Below, piece by piece: positions 7,313 through 16,217 of a stretch of DNA of 38,438 bases. The notes below the pieces were generated by a model. That model was given only the letters and a program-made list of their open reading frames with translations, was not told the DNA's origin and ran no database searches. The position numbers and the translations under genes were made by a program. Source of the DNA: a virus (lineage: Duplodnaviria; Caudoviricetes); the IMG/VR virus record IMGVR_UViG_3300028072_000159, positions 1-38,438 of that record; one strand, 5' to 3'. Positions within the stretch are counted from its first letter, which is position 1. Each line of letters begins with the position of its first letter.

Positions 7313-7488
7313 TGCCCTACGCGAGCGAAGCGCAGAGCAGGCTGATCCACGCGAAGGCAGCGGAAGGCGTCCCCTGGGCTGTCAAATTCGTTCGGGATGC
7401 ACATGGCTCCCGCGTGCCCCGGGCCAAGAAAGTAGCTGCGCTGGTCAAGAAACGGCGCAGGGGGAGGAAGAAGCGTGTATCCGACTGA
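7312..7488 (+). CDS. Small basic phage protein (MPYASEAQSRLIHAK...)
   Basis: Manual translation, 58 aa; resembles MPFxSxAQRR-type small phage proteins found near packaging genes. Confidence 0.65.
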   Translation: MPYASEAQSRLIHAKAAEGVPWAVKFVRDAHGSRVPRAKKVAALVKKRRRGRKKRVSD

Positions 7489-7813
7489 GAAGCAGGAACA
7501 GCGGCTTGTGGCTTGGGTTAACCGCCAGCGTGACTGGCGCGTAGGGGTCAAGGGCCGCATAAAGCGGCTTCCGCGTGGGGTCCCACTCGACGGCTGCGAG
7601 TGCGTTTTGGCCCGAGCCCTTGGAGGCAATGCATTTCTCAACGGCGATGGCTCCTGGAACGTAACCCCGTACCGCGTTGAGCCGTTGCCCAAGTATGTCC
7701 GAGAGTTTGAGAGGCGCTTCGACGAAGGCAAATTCCCCGGCCTCGTTGAAGAACCAGCGAAGGCTAAGCGGGAAAATGTCGAGCTATATTACGAACGGGT
7801 CGCAGTGGTCTAA
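7475..7813 (+). CDS. Hypothetical protein
   Basis: GGAGG RBS; CECVLARAL...FERRFDEGKFPGLV. Confidence 0.65.
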   Translation: MYPTEKQEQRLVAWVNRQRDWRVGVKGRIKRLPRGVPLDGCECVLARALGGNAFLNGDGSWNVTPYRVEPLPKYVREFERRFDEGKFPGLVEEPAKAKRENVELYYERVAVV

Positions 7814-9508
7814 GTGGCCTTCCGAGCCCCAAAGCAAGGTGTCTACGCGACGGGACGAGGGACGTACAACACCAGCAAGCGCACCTTCTCGGGCAAGGGA
7901 CCGGCCCCGGCAGGCTCGCGCAAGGTCCGTGAACGCTCCTACAGCGAAGTCCCGACCGTCACCAAGTCAACCGGCCCGACGGGCACCCGCTACGCGGCCA
8001 CGGCCTTCTCATCGCGCCAGGCGGCTTCTCGCGCCACGGCACGGGCTCGCAGGGCCTCCCGGCGCGTAGCACGCATTACCAGCGTCCGCCAGCGCCGCCA
8101 CGCGGTTCCACGTGGAACGAAGCCGCGCTACTACGTTGGCAAGCCCACGGCCGGGACGCCGACCCTGGCGGAACTGGGCCGCGCACGCTCGAAGGAAACC
8201 CTCGGGATCAACAAAGCGGGCTACGTGACGACGCCGAAGGTGCGCCAGGTCTCGGGTCGACTGCACCACCTAGAATCGAAGGCGCGACAGTCAGGCGGTC
8301 CTCTCCCCGGCCTGGGCCGCGCCGAAAGCCGAGTGGCGCGCAAGGTGCTGCGCCAGGGCCGGGGAGAGCCTTACAAGCTGAAGCTGGCCGCCGCTGAGAC
8401 AGGGCTGGTCGAGTCGGGCTTCAAGAACCTGCCAGGCGGCGATGCAGATTCCGAAGGCTGGCGCCAGGAACGCGCCTCGCTCTACCCGAACCCCCGCAAC
8501 GTCAGGGCCGGGGCGCAGCGCTTCTTCGCCGAGGCCAAAGCCCAGAGCGGCACCACGGCGGGAGAACTCGCGGCCAACGTGCAGCGCCCCGCCGAACAGT
8601 ACCGGGGGCGCTACGACGAACGAAAGCCAGAAGCCGCCGCGATCGTCAAGGCCGTCGAACACGGCACGCTGAAGCCCGCGCAGCGGGCGAAGTTGCGCGA
8701 GACGCAAATAAAAGCCCGAAAACTTGGGTTGCGGCCGGGAGACGCAAGTTCCCTTGCACCCGTTGGCAAGCCGTCCAGGAAACTCGTCAAGCGTGTCGTC
8801 GTAGCCGAAACCGCGATGCGCGAAGTCGAAGGCACGCCCTACGTCTGGGGCGGGGGCCACGGTGCCTTCACGGCCTCCGGCGGCCTGGACTGCTCAGGGG
8901 CGGTCTCCTACGTCCTGCACAAGGTCGCCCCCGGCCGTGTCAAGGCTCCGCTCACCTCGGGTGCGATGGGCTCCGTGCTCGCCCCCGGCCCAGGAGCGCT
9001 GACGGTCTTCTACAACGCCGGGCATACCTTCCTGCGGCTAATCAATCGTAAGGGCGAAGCCGAATACTGGGGCACCTCTGTGGGCGACTCGGGCGCGGGC
9101 GGTCTCACCCGCCACCCGACGCCCAGCGCCGCCTACCTGTCCCAGTACAGCGTCGGCCACGTCCCGGGCATGGGCCGCAAGCAGGCGCTTCAGCTCGGAG
9201 CCGCCCCTGGCGCCATTGGCTCCTTCCCGGGGATGGCACTCTCGGCATCTGGGACCACGGCGACCATCAAAGCAGGGGCCGGGACGACCCGCGAGCAGCC
9301 TGGCTTCTCCAAGGGGCCGATCACGCTGGCCCAGCGCTTCACCCGGGCCAAGCGCAAGCTGAAAGCCCTCGGCGCCCCGCTGGATGGGAAGCCCAAGGAA
9401 GCCGAAGTGCATCCGATCCTGAAAGAACTGATGGAGAAATACGGGTCGGCCGGACCTGCACCCACGAAGAGCAAGCTGGAAGCGGCCCGGGTGGCGGCGA
9501 GAGCATGA
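7814..9508 (+). CDS. Putative virion-associated peptidoglycan hydrolase (lysozyme-like + NlpC/P60 domains) with Arg-rich N-terminus
   Basis: ETGLVESGFKNLPGGDADSEGWRQER...FF...VQRP (transglycosylase-like); GTPYVWGGGHG...GLDCSGAVSYVL...NAGHTF (NlpC/P60 Cys-His). Confidence 0.8.
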   Translation: MAFRAPKQGVYATGRGTYNTSKRTFSGKGPAPAGSRKVRERSYSEVPTVTKSTGPTGTRYAATAFSSRQAASRATARARRASRRVARITSVRQRRHAVPRGTKPRYYVGKPTAGTPTLAELGRARSKETLGINKAGYVTTPKVRQVSGRLHHLESKARQSGGPLPGLGRAESRVARKVLRQGRGEPYKLKLAAAETGLVESGFKNLPGGDADSEGWRQERASLYPNPRNVRAGAQRFFAEAKAQSGTTAGELAANVQRPAEQYRGRYDERKPEAAAIVKAVEHGTLKPAQRAKLRETQIKARKLGLRPGDASSLAPVGKPSRKLVKRVVVAETAMREVEGTPYVWGGGHGAFTASGGLDCSGAVSYVLHKVAPGRVKAPLTSGAMGSVLAPGPGALTVFYNAGHTFLRLINRKGEAEYWGTSVGDSGAGGLTRHPTPSAAYLSQYSVGHVPGMGRKQALQLGAAPGAIGSFPGMALSASGTTATIKAGAGTTREQPGFSKGPITLAQRFTRAKRKLKALGAPLDGKPKEAEVHPILKELMEKYGSAGPAPTKSKLEAARVAARA

Positions 9509-9711
9509 AGTCCCCAGATCTTCTAGCGAAGTGGAACAAAGCCCTTTGGAGGATTCTGCGCGAGATGGAGGAAGAGAACGGGGAAGAGACCGCAGCTCGT
9601 GACGAGCTCGAAACGCTCCTGCTTCTCACCTGCAAAGAGGCGAACCGGCAATTCCGACGAGAATTCCGACGAGAATTCCAACGAGCGACATTGCCTGGAC
9701 CTGGCGGATGA
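9505..9711 (+). CDS. Hypothetical protein
   Basis: ATGA overlaps on both sides. Confidence 0.6.
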   Translation: MKSPDLLAKWNKALWRILREMEEENGEETAARDELETLLLLTCKEANRQFRREFRREFQRATLPGPGG

Positions 9712-11294
9712 CCGCAGCCCAGGCAACCGCCTCTATCGAAGAACTGCGCGGCCTCGGGATCGAGATCGATGACCCCTCGCGGCTCAAGGACCCCCGCTAC
9801 GCCGAGAAGTTCGGCCAGCTAGTCGAGCTGCGCAAAGCCAACCCGCTGATCGGCTACCACCCGCATGGCAAGCAGGAGCCCTTCCACAAGGCGCGCAGGC
9901 AGGTCAAGGTCTTCGTCGGGGGGGAACGTTCGGGGAAGACGCTCGGAGGGACGATGGACGACCTGATCAACGCCGTGGACGTGGAGGTCGTCCCACCCTG
10001 GCTTGGGGAATACAAGATTTGGGGCCTCGACGAGCCCTTTACCTGCCGGGTCATCCTGCCCGACTACGGCCAGGGCTACCAGGAATACCTGAATACGCTG
10101 CAAGCCTGGTGCCCTGGGTCCCAGCTCTACAAGGGCGAGTGGGAACACGCCTACTCGGAGCGCAACCACAAAGTCCAGTTCGCAAACGGCTCGTTCTTCG
10201 ACTTCATGACGCAGGAACAGGACCTCTTGAAGTTTGGGGGGACCTCGCGCCAGCGCCTGCACTATGACGAGGAGCCCAAGGGCCACAAGGGCGAAATGAT
10301 CCGCGAAGCCAATGTCTCGCGCCTGATCCAGTACCGGGGCGACGAACTCTTCACCTTCTCGCCCGTCAACGGCCTGGGGACCATCGGTCACGACCTCTGG
10401 GAGGGGCGGGGGACCGAAATCGCGAAGGAAGTCTGGGACAAGCCCGAGGGCGACGAGGACAGCCCCAGCATGGTTCTCGTCGTCGCCAACCAGGACGACA
10501 ATCCCTACCTGAGCGAGGAGGGCAAGCGCGAAGCCGAAGCGAAGATGGGCGAGAAAATGCGCGAAGCCCGGACCAAAGGCCTCTTCGTCCACGCCGAGGG
10601 CTTGGTCTACCCGAGCTTCAGCGAAGAGCTGCACGTCTGCGATCCGCTCGACCCAGAGTTCGTCGCGGGCCTCGAACAGTTCGACTGCATCGACCCGGGC
10701 AACAACATGGCCGTGCTCTTCGCGGGCTTCGACTCAGACAACGTGCTGTGGGTTTACGACGAACTCTTCCTCACGGGCACCGACGCGATCCCCGCGAATA
10801 CCGTCGCCAAGATGCGCGAGCTCCGGGTCGAGAAATGGGGCCTGCCCGAGAAGCCCAAACGGACGCTGATCGACCCGGCCTCGGCGGCGATGCACCACCA
10901 GACCAACAAACGGACCGATGCCCTCTTCCGCGAGGCGGGTCTCTTCACGATTCCTGCGGACAATGCGGTAGAAGCCGGTATTCAGGAAATGCGCGGGCGG
11001 CTCGATAACTGCAATGATCAGGGCGACCCGCAACCGCTCATCCAGATCGCCCGCAACTGCGAGGGGCTGCTCTGGGAGCGGCGGCGCTACCGGATGGAGA
11101 TAGAGGACGGCAAGATCGTGCCAATCAAGGAAAACGACCACCGCGAGGACTGCGGCCGCTACATCTCGATGCAGCGCAAGCGCAAGGAGCGAAAGCGCCG
11201 CCCGAGGCGCCCAGCCTACGTGCCGGGCGAAGCCCCGCCGGTCAGGAAACGCAAACGGGGGCGCAGCGGCGGCCCAATGGGGAGGTTCACATGA
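9708..11294 (+). CDS. terL: Terminase large subunit
   Basis: Q-motif PHGKQ, Walker A GGERSGKT, Walker B HYDEEP, DNPYL, nuclease motifs IDPG/IDPA and KENDHREDCGRY. Confidence 0.95.
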   Translation: MTAAQATASIEELRGLGIEIDDPSRLKDPRYAEKFGQLVELRKANPLIGYHPHGKQEPFHKARRQVKVFVGGERSGKTLGGTMDDLINAVDVEVVPPWLGEYKIWGLDEPFTCRVILPDYGQGYQEYLNTLQAWCPGSQLYKGEWEHAYSERNHKVQFANGSFFDFMTQEQDLLKFGGTSRQRLHYDEEPKGHKGEMIREANVSRLIQYRGDELFTFSPVNGLGTIGHDLWEGRGTEIAKEVWDKPEGDEDSPSMVLVVANQDDNPYLSEEGKREAEAKMGEKMREARTKGLFVHAEGLVYPSFSEELHVCDPLDPEFVAGLEQFDCIDPGNNMAVLFAGFDSDNVLWVYDELFLTGTDAIPANTVAKMRELRVEKWGLPEKPKRTLIDPASAAMHHQTNKRTDALFREAGLFTIPADNAVEAGIQEMRGRLDNCNDQGDPQPLIQIARNCEGLLWERRRYRMEIEDGKIVPIKENDHREDCGRYISMQRKRKERKRRPRRPAYVPGEAPPVRKRKRGRSGGPMGRFT

Positions 11295-11305
11295 GAGGAG
11301 AGGCT

Positions 11306-11551
11306 ATGACAAAGGAACTCGAAGTTCCGGTGGAGGCGGTAGAGGCATTTGAAAGCGCAATGGGAGAAAAGTTCGGCCGGGGCGGTCGTACTCATCGAGC
11401 GCTGAAGGCCGCCGCCACTTTCCTCCGCGAGCAGGAGCGCCAGCGGGTGAGGGAGGCGCTGCTCAAGCATCCCGAGATACAAGGCCGCGAAGCCGTATGC
11501 GAATGGATCGACGAAGCTATACCCGACTCCCCGGAGGACCAATGCGCCTAA
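11306..11551 (+). CDS. Hypothetical accessory protein
   Basis: GAGAGGAGAGG RBS before ATG 11306. Confidence 0.6.
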   Translation: MTKELEVPVEAVEAFESAMGEKFGRGGRTHRALKAAATFLREQERQRVREALLKHPEIQGREAVCEWIDEAIPDSPEDQCA

Positions 11552-11892
11552 CTGACAAAGCTGAACGCAAGCCGCCCGGCCACTGCGCCGTCACGGGCCG
11601 CGAGGACGGCCCCTTCATCGACTTCCAGGTCGGCCTCGACCTGCCCCGCAACGAGCCCTACCAGCTCTACCTGCACAAGCTGATCGTCGAAGAAGCAGCC
11701 GAGCTGTGCGGCATGATGAGGGCCAAAGAGGTTCAGGAGGTCATCGAGGAACTCAAAGAGCTACGCGGCGAGCTAGCCCAGCTCAACGAGGCCCTCGGAG
11801 CCTTGGATGTCTTGCGCAAAGTCTTCAAAGAACAGGAGCCAGGAGGCACAGATGCCAACGACGTACACGATCAACCCGAAGCAGTCGATTGA
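11542..11892 (+). CDS. Hypothetical protein with C-terminal coiled coil
   Basis: GGAGG-ATG; MRLTDKAERKPPGHCAVTG... Confidence 0.7.
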   Translation: MRLTDKAERKPPGHCAVTGREDGPFIDFQVGLDLPRNEPYQLYLHKLIVEEAAELCGMMRAKEVQEVIEELKELRGELAQLNEALGALDVLRKVFKEQEPGGTDANDVHDQPEAVD

Positions 11893-12247
11893 GCTGGACC
11901 GCAGCGTCGATACGGTGACCGTGGACTTGGGCACGGCCCTCGTCTCTTACCCGGGCTTTGAGGATGAGCCGATCTTCCTGAGCGCAGAGGGCGTGCGCGA
12001 GCTGGGCATCGCAGGCGGGGCTGCACCGGTCACGATCTACGCGCCAGACTCGGCGACTGTCACGGTCACCTTCACGGAAGAAGCCGCGCCCAGCGCCCCC
12101 GCCTCCCGCGGCGATACCGGAGGCTCAGGCGGTGGCCTAGAGGCCCGCACCCGCACGGAGCTCCGCTTCGAGGCCAAGAAAAAAGGCATCACCGGGTCTT
12201 GGAAAATGAACAAGAACGAACTGGTCGCAGCGTTGAGGAAGTCCTAG
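11852..12247 (+). CDS. Protein with C-terminal Rho N-terminal-like (HeH) domain
   Basis: RTRTELRFEAKKKGITGSWKMNKNELVAAL; AGGAGG RBS. Confidence 0.75.
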   Translation: MPTTYTINPKQSIELDRSVDTVTVDLGTALVSYPGFEDEPIFLSAEGVRELGIAGGAAPVTIYAPDSATVTVTFTEEAAPSAPASRGDTGGSGGGLEARTRTELRFEAKKKGITGSWKMNKNELVAALRKS

Positions 12248-12250
12248 CCG

Positions 12251-12583
12251 ATGTCAACCCGCAGCGGCAAGAACTTCGCGGCCTATGGCCTCAACTTCAA
12301 ACGCGTCAACGCGACCGCCGATGGCGCACAGACGATCGTCGAAGGCGTGACCGGCAAGAAGATCGTAGTTCTGGGCTACACGCTCAACGCCACCGCCGCC
12401 GGGACGATCGTCCTCGAAGACAAAGAAGTGCGGGCGAGCTTCAAATTCGCTGAATCTGGTGGGGCTGTCTACAGCGGGGGGCCTGAATGCCCGGCCTTCG
12501 AATGCGCCGCCGGGGCTGACTTGAAAGTCAACAACGGGGCCGGGGTAGACACACTGGGGCACATCACCTACATCTTGGTCTGA
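12251..12583 (+). CDS. Probable virion structural or decoration protein
   Basis: Beta-strand-rich pattern; in the head module. Confidence 0.6.
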   Translation: MSTRSGKNFAAYGLNFKRVNATADGAQTIVEGVTGKKIVVLGYTLNATAAGTIVLEDKEVRASFKFAESGGAVYSGGPECPAFECAAGADLKVNNGAGVDTLGHITYILV

Positions 12584-12584
12584 C

Positions 12585-13328
12585 ATGGGTATCGCCCGGA
12601 CCAGCACCTTCGCTCACACAGGCAACCCGACGACGGCCCCCACCGCGGCCTTGCCTGCCACCGAAAAAGACGACGTTCTGGTCCTCGTGGTTGCGAATGG
12701 CGGGTCCAACGCGAACCCGACGCTGAGCGGAACCTCGGTGACGGTCGGCGGCCTGGCCTGGACGAGGAAGATATCGGGGGTCGGCCCGATCGAAGCCAAT
12801 GCCTTCAACGGCTCCCTGTGGTGGGCGCGGGCGAAAGGGGACCACGCAGGGCAGACGGTTATCGCCGCTACGGTGGACTCAGGCTCTCTGGTCGGCGCTT
12901 CTTATCGGGGAGTGATTTCGACGGGCGACCCGTTCCGCTTCGCCCTCACGGAAAACAATGACTCGGCCCCGATTACGAGCATAGACGGCCTTCTTTCGAC
13001 GCTTCTGGCGGCCGATATGTTGACCTTCTGCGTGGCAGTCGATGACAACTCGACGGCGCCCACGGACCGCATTCTTCTCATGGTGGGTGGCGAAGTCGTC
13101 AGCGAAGGCGAAGTTGCCGTGTATGCAACAAGCGAAGGGGGCAATGACACGGGGGCGGCCTTCTGGGATTATCAAGTCGAAAGCACGGATTCGCTGGAAA
13201 GCGGCGAGGCGGAAACGCTTGAACCTGCCTCCCGCTCGACTCCTATCTTCGCTGACTTGATCCCCCAGCCAAAAGAAGGAGAAGGCGGCAAAGTGGACTC
13301 CTGGATGCTCTTGGGGCTGGGCGCATGA
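12585..13328 (+). CDS. Probable virion surface protein (fibre/decoration, beta-sandwich)
   Basis: Thr/Gly/Ser-rich; DDVLVLVV...GLAWT...LWWARA pattern. Confidence 0.6.
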   Translation: MGIARTSTFAHTGNPTTAPTAALPATEKDDVLVLVVANGGSNANPTLSGTSVTVGGLAWTRKISGVGPIEANAFNGSLWWARAKGDHAGQTVIAATVDSGSLVGASYRGVISTGDPFRFALTENNDSAPITSIDGLLSTLLAADMLTFCVAVDDNSTAPTDRILLMVGGEVVSEGEVAVYATSEGGNDTGAAFWDYQVESTDSLESGEAETLEPASRSTPIFADLIPQPKEGEGGKVDSWMLLGLGA

Positions 13329-13570
13329 TCATCGTGGCTCTCTGCCTGACGATCGTCTATCTGGCCCTGCTCGTCTCGCACATCGCCGCGCGCCAGGAAT
13401 GGACCCGTGAGCGCGCCGCACTCCTGCAGCGAATCCAGAGCCCTGAGCAGGCCGTGCGTGCCCACGCGCAGCCCGAGAGGGAGAAGCGCCCCAGGCCGCG
13501 CAGCATCGTCGCAGACGACCGCGCGCAGGCCAGAGCAGCCAGGGCGCGGCAAAACGGGGACACGAGCTGA
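13325..13570 (+). CDS. Small membrane protein upstream of portal
   Basis: N-terminal hydrophobic helix then WTRERAALLQRIQSPE. Confidence 0.7.
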   Translation: MIIVALCLTIVYLALLVSHIAARQEWTRERAALLQRIQSPEQAVRAHAQPEREKRPRPRSIVADDRAQARAARARQNGDTS

Positions 13571-13798
13571 ATGCCAGTTAAGGACGGCCCGGCTTGCCCT
13601 GGATGCGGCCTGCCGAACTACGAGGGCTTGTGCCCTCACTGCCGCGGCGACGCGGAGGCTTACGAGCATGAGCTAGTTCCGCCGTTCCCGAGCCTTCGCG
13701 AGGAAGAGGAGGAGAAGGCGCGCGCACGCGCTCAATACGCCGAAGATGAGCAGATGGCCGAGGCCGACATGGCCGCTGGCTATGAGACCCTGAGCTGA
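13571..13798 (+). CDS. Small Zn-finger protein
   Basis: CPGC...CPHC; TGATG coupling to portal. Confidence 0.6.
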   Translation: MPVKDGPACPGCGLPNYEGLCPHCRGDAEAYEHELVPPFPSLREEEEEKARARAQYAEDEQMAEADMAAGYETLS

Positions 13799-15846
13799 TG
13801 GCCCTTTTCTCCAAAGCCAAGCCCGTCGATCAGGTCGTCAAGCAGCGCATCGACCGCGCCACAAAAGAGCTGGAAAGCGTCCTGGGCCGTCGCCGCGAGG
13901 CGGAAGAGTTCGCGGCCAACAACCACTACGTCTCAGTCGGCAAAGACAAGGTCCGGCTGACCAAACTGAACAACGTCGCGGTCTCCGAAGGCGGTGACCG
14001 CCCCGACCACCGGGTGCGTATCTCCCGCGACGTTCTCGCTCCGATCCTGAAGGGCAAGGTCTCCGCCGCCACCCAGCGCATCCCGGGCTACGAAGTCGGC
14101 CAGCCGACGAAAGACTGGGAAGACTTCTCCGCTGCCCAGCTCTCCAAAAAGATCGCCTTCGGGGGCTATGAAAAGTGGGAGTTCAAAGAGGCCTTCCGCC
14201 GCGCTTGCTGGCTCGCCTTCGTCACCGAGGAAGCCTTCCTGATGCCCCAGTGGGACGCCGATATCGGCCCCTTCATCGAGATCCCCGGCGAGAAGCCCGG
14301 CGAAGTAGCCGACTACCTGGGCATGGGCGACGTGCGCCTGGAGGTCTTCGGCGGCACGGAAGTGAGCTGGGAATCGGGCGTGCAGTTCAAGGACGCCCGC
14401 TACTACATCGTCCGCCGGGCCCGCCCGGTCGAACGGGTGCAGAGCGAAGAGGGCTATGAGGGTGGCAAGCTGAAAGCCGATGCGGTCGGCGCAGAGGCCA
14501 AGCAGACCGAAAACTCAGACCTCTGCATGGTCACCGAATACCTTGAGCGCCCCTGCCGCGAATGGCCTGACGGTCGCCGCCTGATCTACGCGAACGACAA
14601 ATGCCTCTTCCCCGAAGAGGACTACCCGCTGCGCGACGAGAAAAACGAAGTCGTAGACGCCCCCTGCCTGCACCGGCTCTACTACAGCGTCACTGGCTCC
14701 CCGCGAGCGCGTGGCCTTGTGCAATCGCTGATCGAGACCGTGCGCCAGTACGACCACATGGGCAACAAGGCGATGGAGTTCATTGCGCTGACCCTCGTGC
14801 CCCAGATGATGGCTCCCGAGGGCGCGATCCTCAACGAGGACATCGACGACAACCCCGGCGCGGTCCTCGAATACGACCCCTCGGCCCTCGTCGGCGGTGC
14901 GGAGATCAAATGGCGCGATATGCCCTCCATGCCTCGCGAGTTCGAAGCCGAGCGCAAGCTGGCCCTCGAACAGCTCGGCTTCATCGCCAATGACAACCTG
15001 ATCCACGCGACCACGGAGTCAGGCAAGCAGGTCGAAGCCCTGGTGCAGAAAGACATCCTCGCCTGGCAGGACTTCATCGAACAGCTCGCCGAAGTCCATG
15101 CCTCAGTGATGCGCGACGCCCTCGTTCTCGTCCAGCTCTACTACACCGAGCAGCGCATGATCGCCTTCAGGGGCCGCACGGGCTGGGAAGACATCGAGGA
15201 GTTCAGGGGGGCCGATATCCGGGGCCAGACCGACGTTCGTATCCAGCCCGGCTCCCTGGAACCGCTGACGCGCGGCGTCGTCGAGCAGCGGATCATGAAC
15301 ATAAACAGCATGTTCCCCGGCTTCTTCAGCCCCGAAGTCCTGATCGCGGCGCTCACGGAAGGCAACGTGGACCGGCTCACCGAACAGTTCGAAGCCGCCG
15401 AAGAGCAGGCCCATTTCATCATCGGCCAGATCCGCGCCGGGACCTTCTGGGAGCTGCCCCCCAGGCGCGTGCTGCCGGGCGAGGAAGTGCCGCGCCTTAA
15501 CCTCGAAACCGGCGAACCGGAGCTCGACCCCGAAACGGGCCAGATGGCCCTGGAACAGACGATCCCGGGCTGGATGCCACGCCCCTTCGAAAACGTATCC
15601 GTGATTCGCCGCCGCATCGAGTCCTTCATGCAGTCCGACGAGGGCCGCCACCTCGACGCCGAGGCCCAGGAAGCCACCGGCCTCGTCTACGACGCCCTGC
15701 TCAAACTAGAGGCCCAGCGCCAGGCCAAAGAAGCCGCCCAGCAGTCCCAGACGGCCGAAGAACTGGGCCAGGCCAATGCAGCCAAACCGCAGCCGCCGAA
15801 GGCGCTGCCATCCCTGCCTGCGGGAGGAGGAGAAGCCAGTGCCTAA
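13798..15846 (+). CDS. Portal protein (P22-like)
   Basis: 682 aa between TerL and scaffold; RGLVQSLIETVRQYD, PQMMAPEG, PGAVLEY, ESGKQVEALVQKD and a Q/A-rich C-terminus. Confidence 0.88.
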   Translation: MALFSKAKPVDQVVKQRIDRATKELESVLGRRREAEEFAANNHYVSVGKDKVRLTKLNNVAVSEGGDRPDHRVRISRDVLAPILKGKVSAATQRIPGYEVGQPTKDWEDFSAAQLSKKIAFGGYEKWEFKEAFRRACWLAFVTEEAFLMPQWDADIGPFIEIPGEKPGEVADYLGMGDVRLEVFGGTEVSWESGVQFKDARYYIVRRARPVERVQSEEGYEGGKLKADAVGAEAKQTENSDLCMVTEYLERPCREWPDGRRLIYANDKCLFPEEDYPLRDEKNEVVDAPCLHRLYYSVTGSPRARGLVQSLIETVRQYDHMGNKAMEFIALTLVPQMMAPEGAILNEDIDDNPGAVLEYDPSALVGGAEIKWRDMPSMPREFEAERKLALEQLGFIANDNLIHATTESGKQVEALVQKDILAWQDFIEQLAEVHASVMRDALVLVQLYYTEQRMIAFRGRTGWEDIEEFRGADIRGQTDVRIQPGSLEPLTRGVVEQRIMNINSMFPGFFSPEVLIAALTEGNVDRLTEQFEAAEEQAHFIIGQIRAGTFWELPPRRVLPGEEVPRLNLETGEPELDPETGQMALEQTIPGWMPRPFENVSVIRRRIESFMQSDEGRHLDAEAQEATGLVYDALLKLEAQRQAKEAAQQSQTAEELGQANAAKPQPPKALPSLPAGGGEASA

Positions 15847-16072
15847 CGACGCAGCAGCTCACCCCGTTTGGTCGAGTGACAACGAGGCGGTCAAGGAGGA
15901 GTTCCGTCGCTTGGAGGCTCGTGCGAAGCGCTGGGAAGATGCGCATGGACGTGCCGAGGGGGACGCTGAATGCTTCCAGATTGCCCTTGAGGAGATCGCC
16001 AAACTGCCGTCCTCCCGCCTCGACGAGGCCGCTGTGCTCGCCGCCTCCGCACTTGAGCGACGCGGTATCTGA
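15839..16072 (+). CDS. Hypothetical accessory protein
   Basis: GGAGGAG RBS, GTG start, coiled-coil. Confidence 0.6.
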   Translation: MPNDAAAHPVWSSDNEAVKEEFRRLEARAKRWEDAHGRAEGDAECFQIALEEIAKLPSSRLDEAAVLAASALERRGI

Positions 16073-16085
16073 GACTCATTCTCAA

Positions 16086-16203
16086 AAGGTCGTCCACCGC
16101 TGCGTCTACGCTCGCGGCGGTGAAAGCTAGACCTTCACGCCGGACAAGCGAAAGCACCCGGCCCATCATCGGGGCGAACAAGGCACTCGCTACTCGCCCC
16201 CGA
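16086..16203 (+). promoter_or_regulatory. Structured 5' leader of the scaffold gene
   Basis: Three hairpins, two with ACAA/AC internal loops, ending next to the AAAGGAG RBS. Confidence 0.55.
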
Positions 16204-16217
16204 GAAAGGAGCGCTTC

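Noticed and set aside
9649-9684. 12-nt tandem repeat GAATTCCGACGA x3
   Set aside because: Short in-frame duplication (FRRE) with no further structure.
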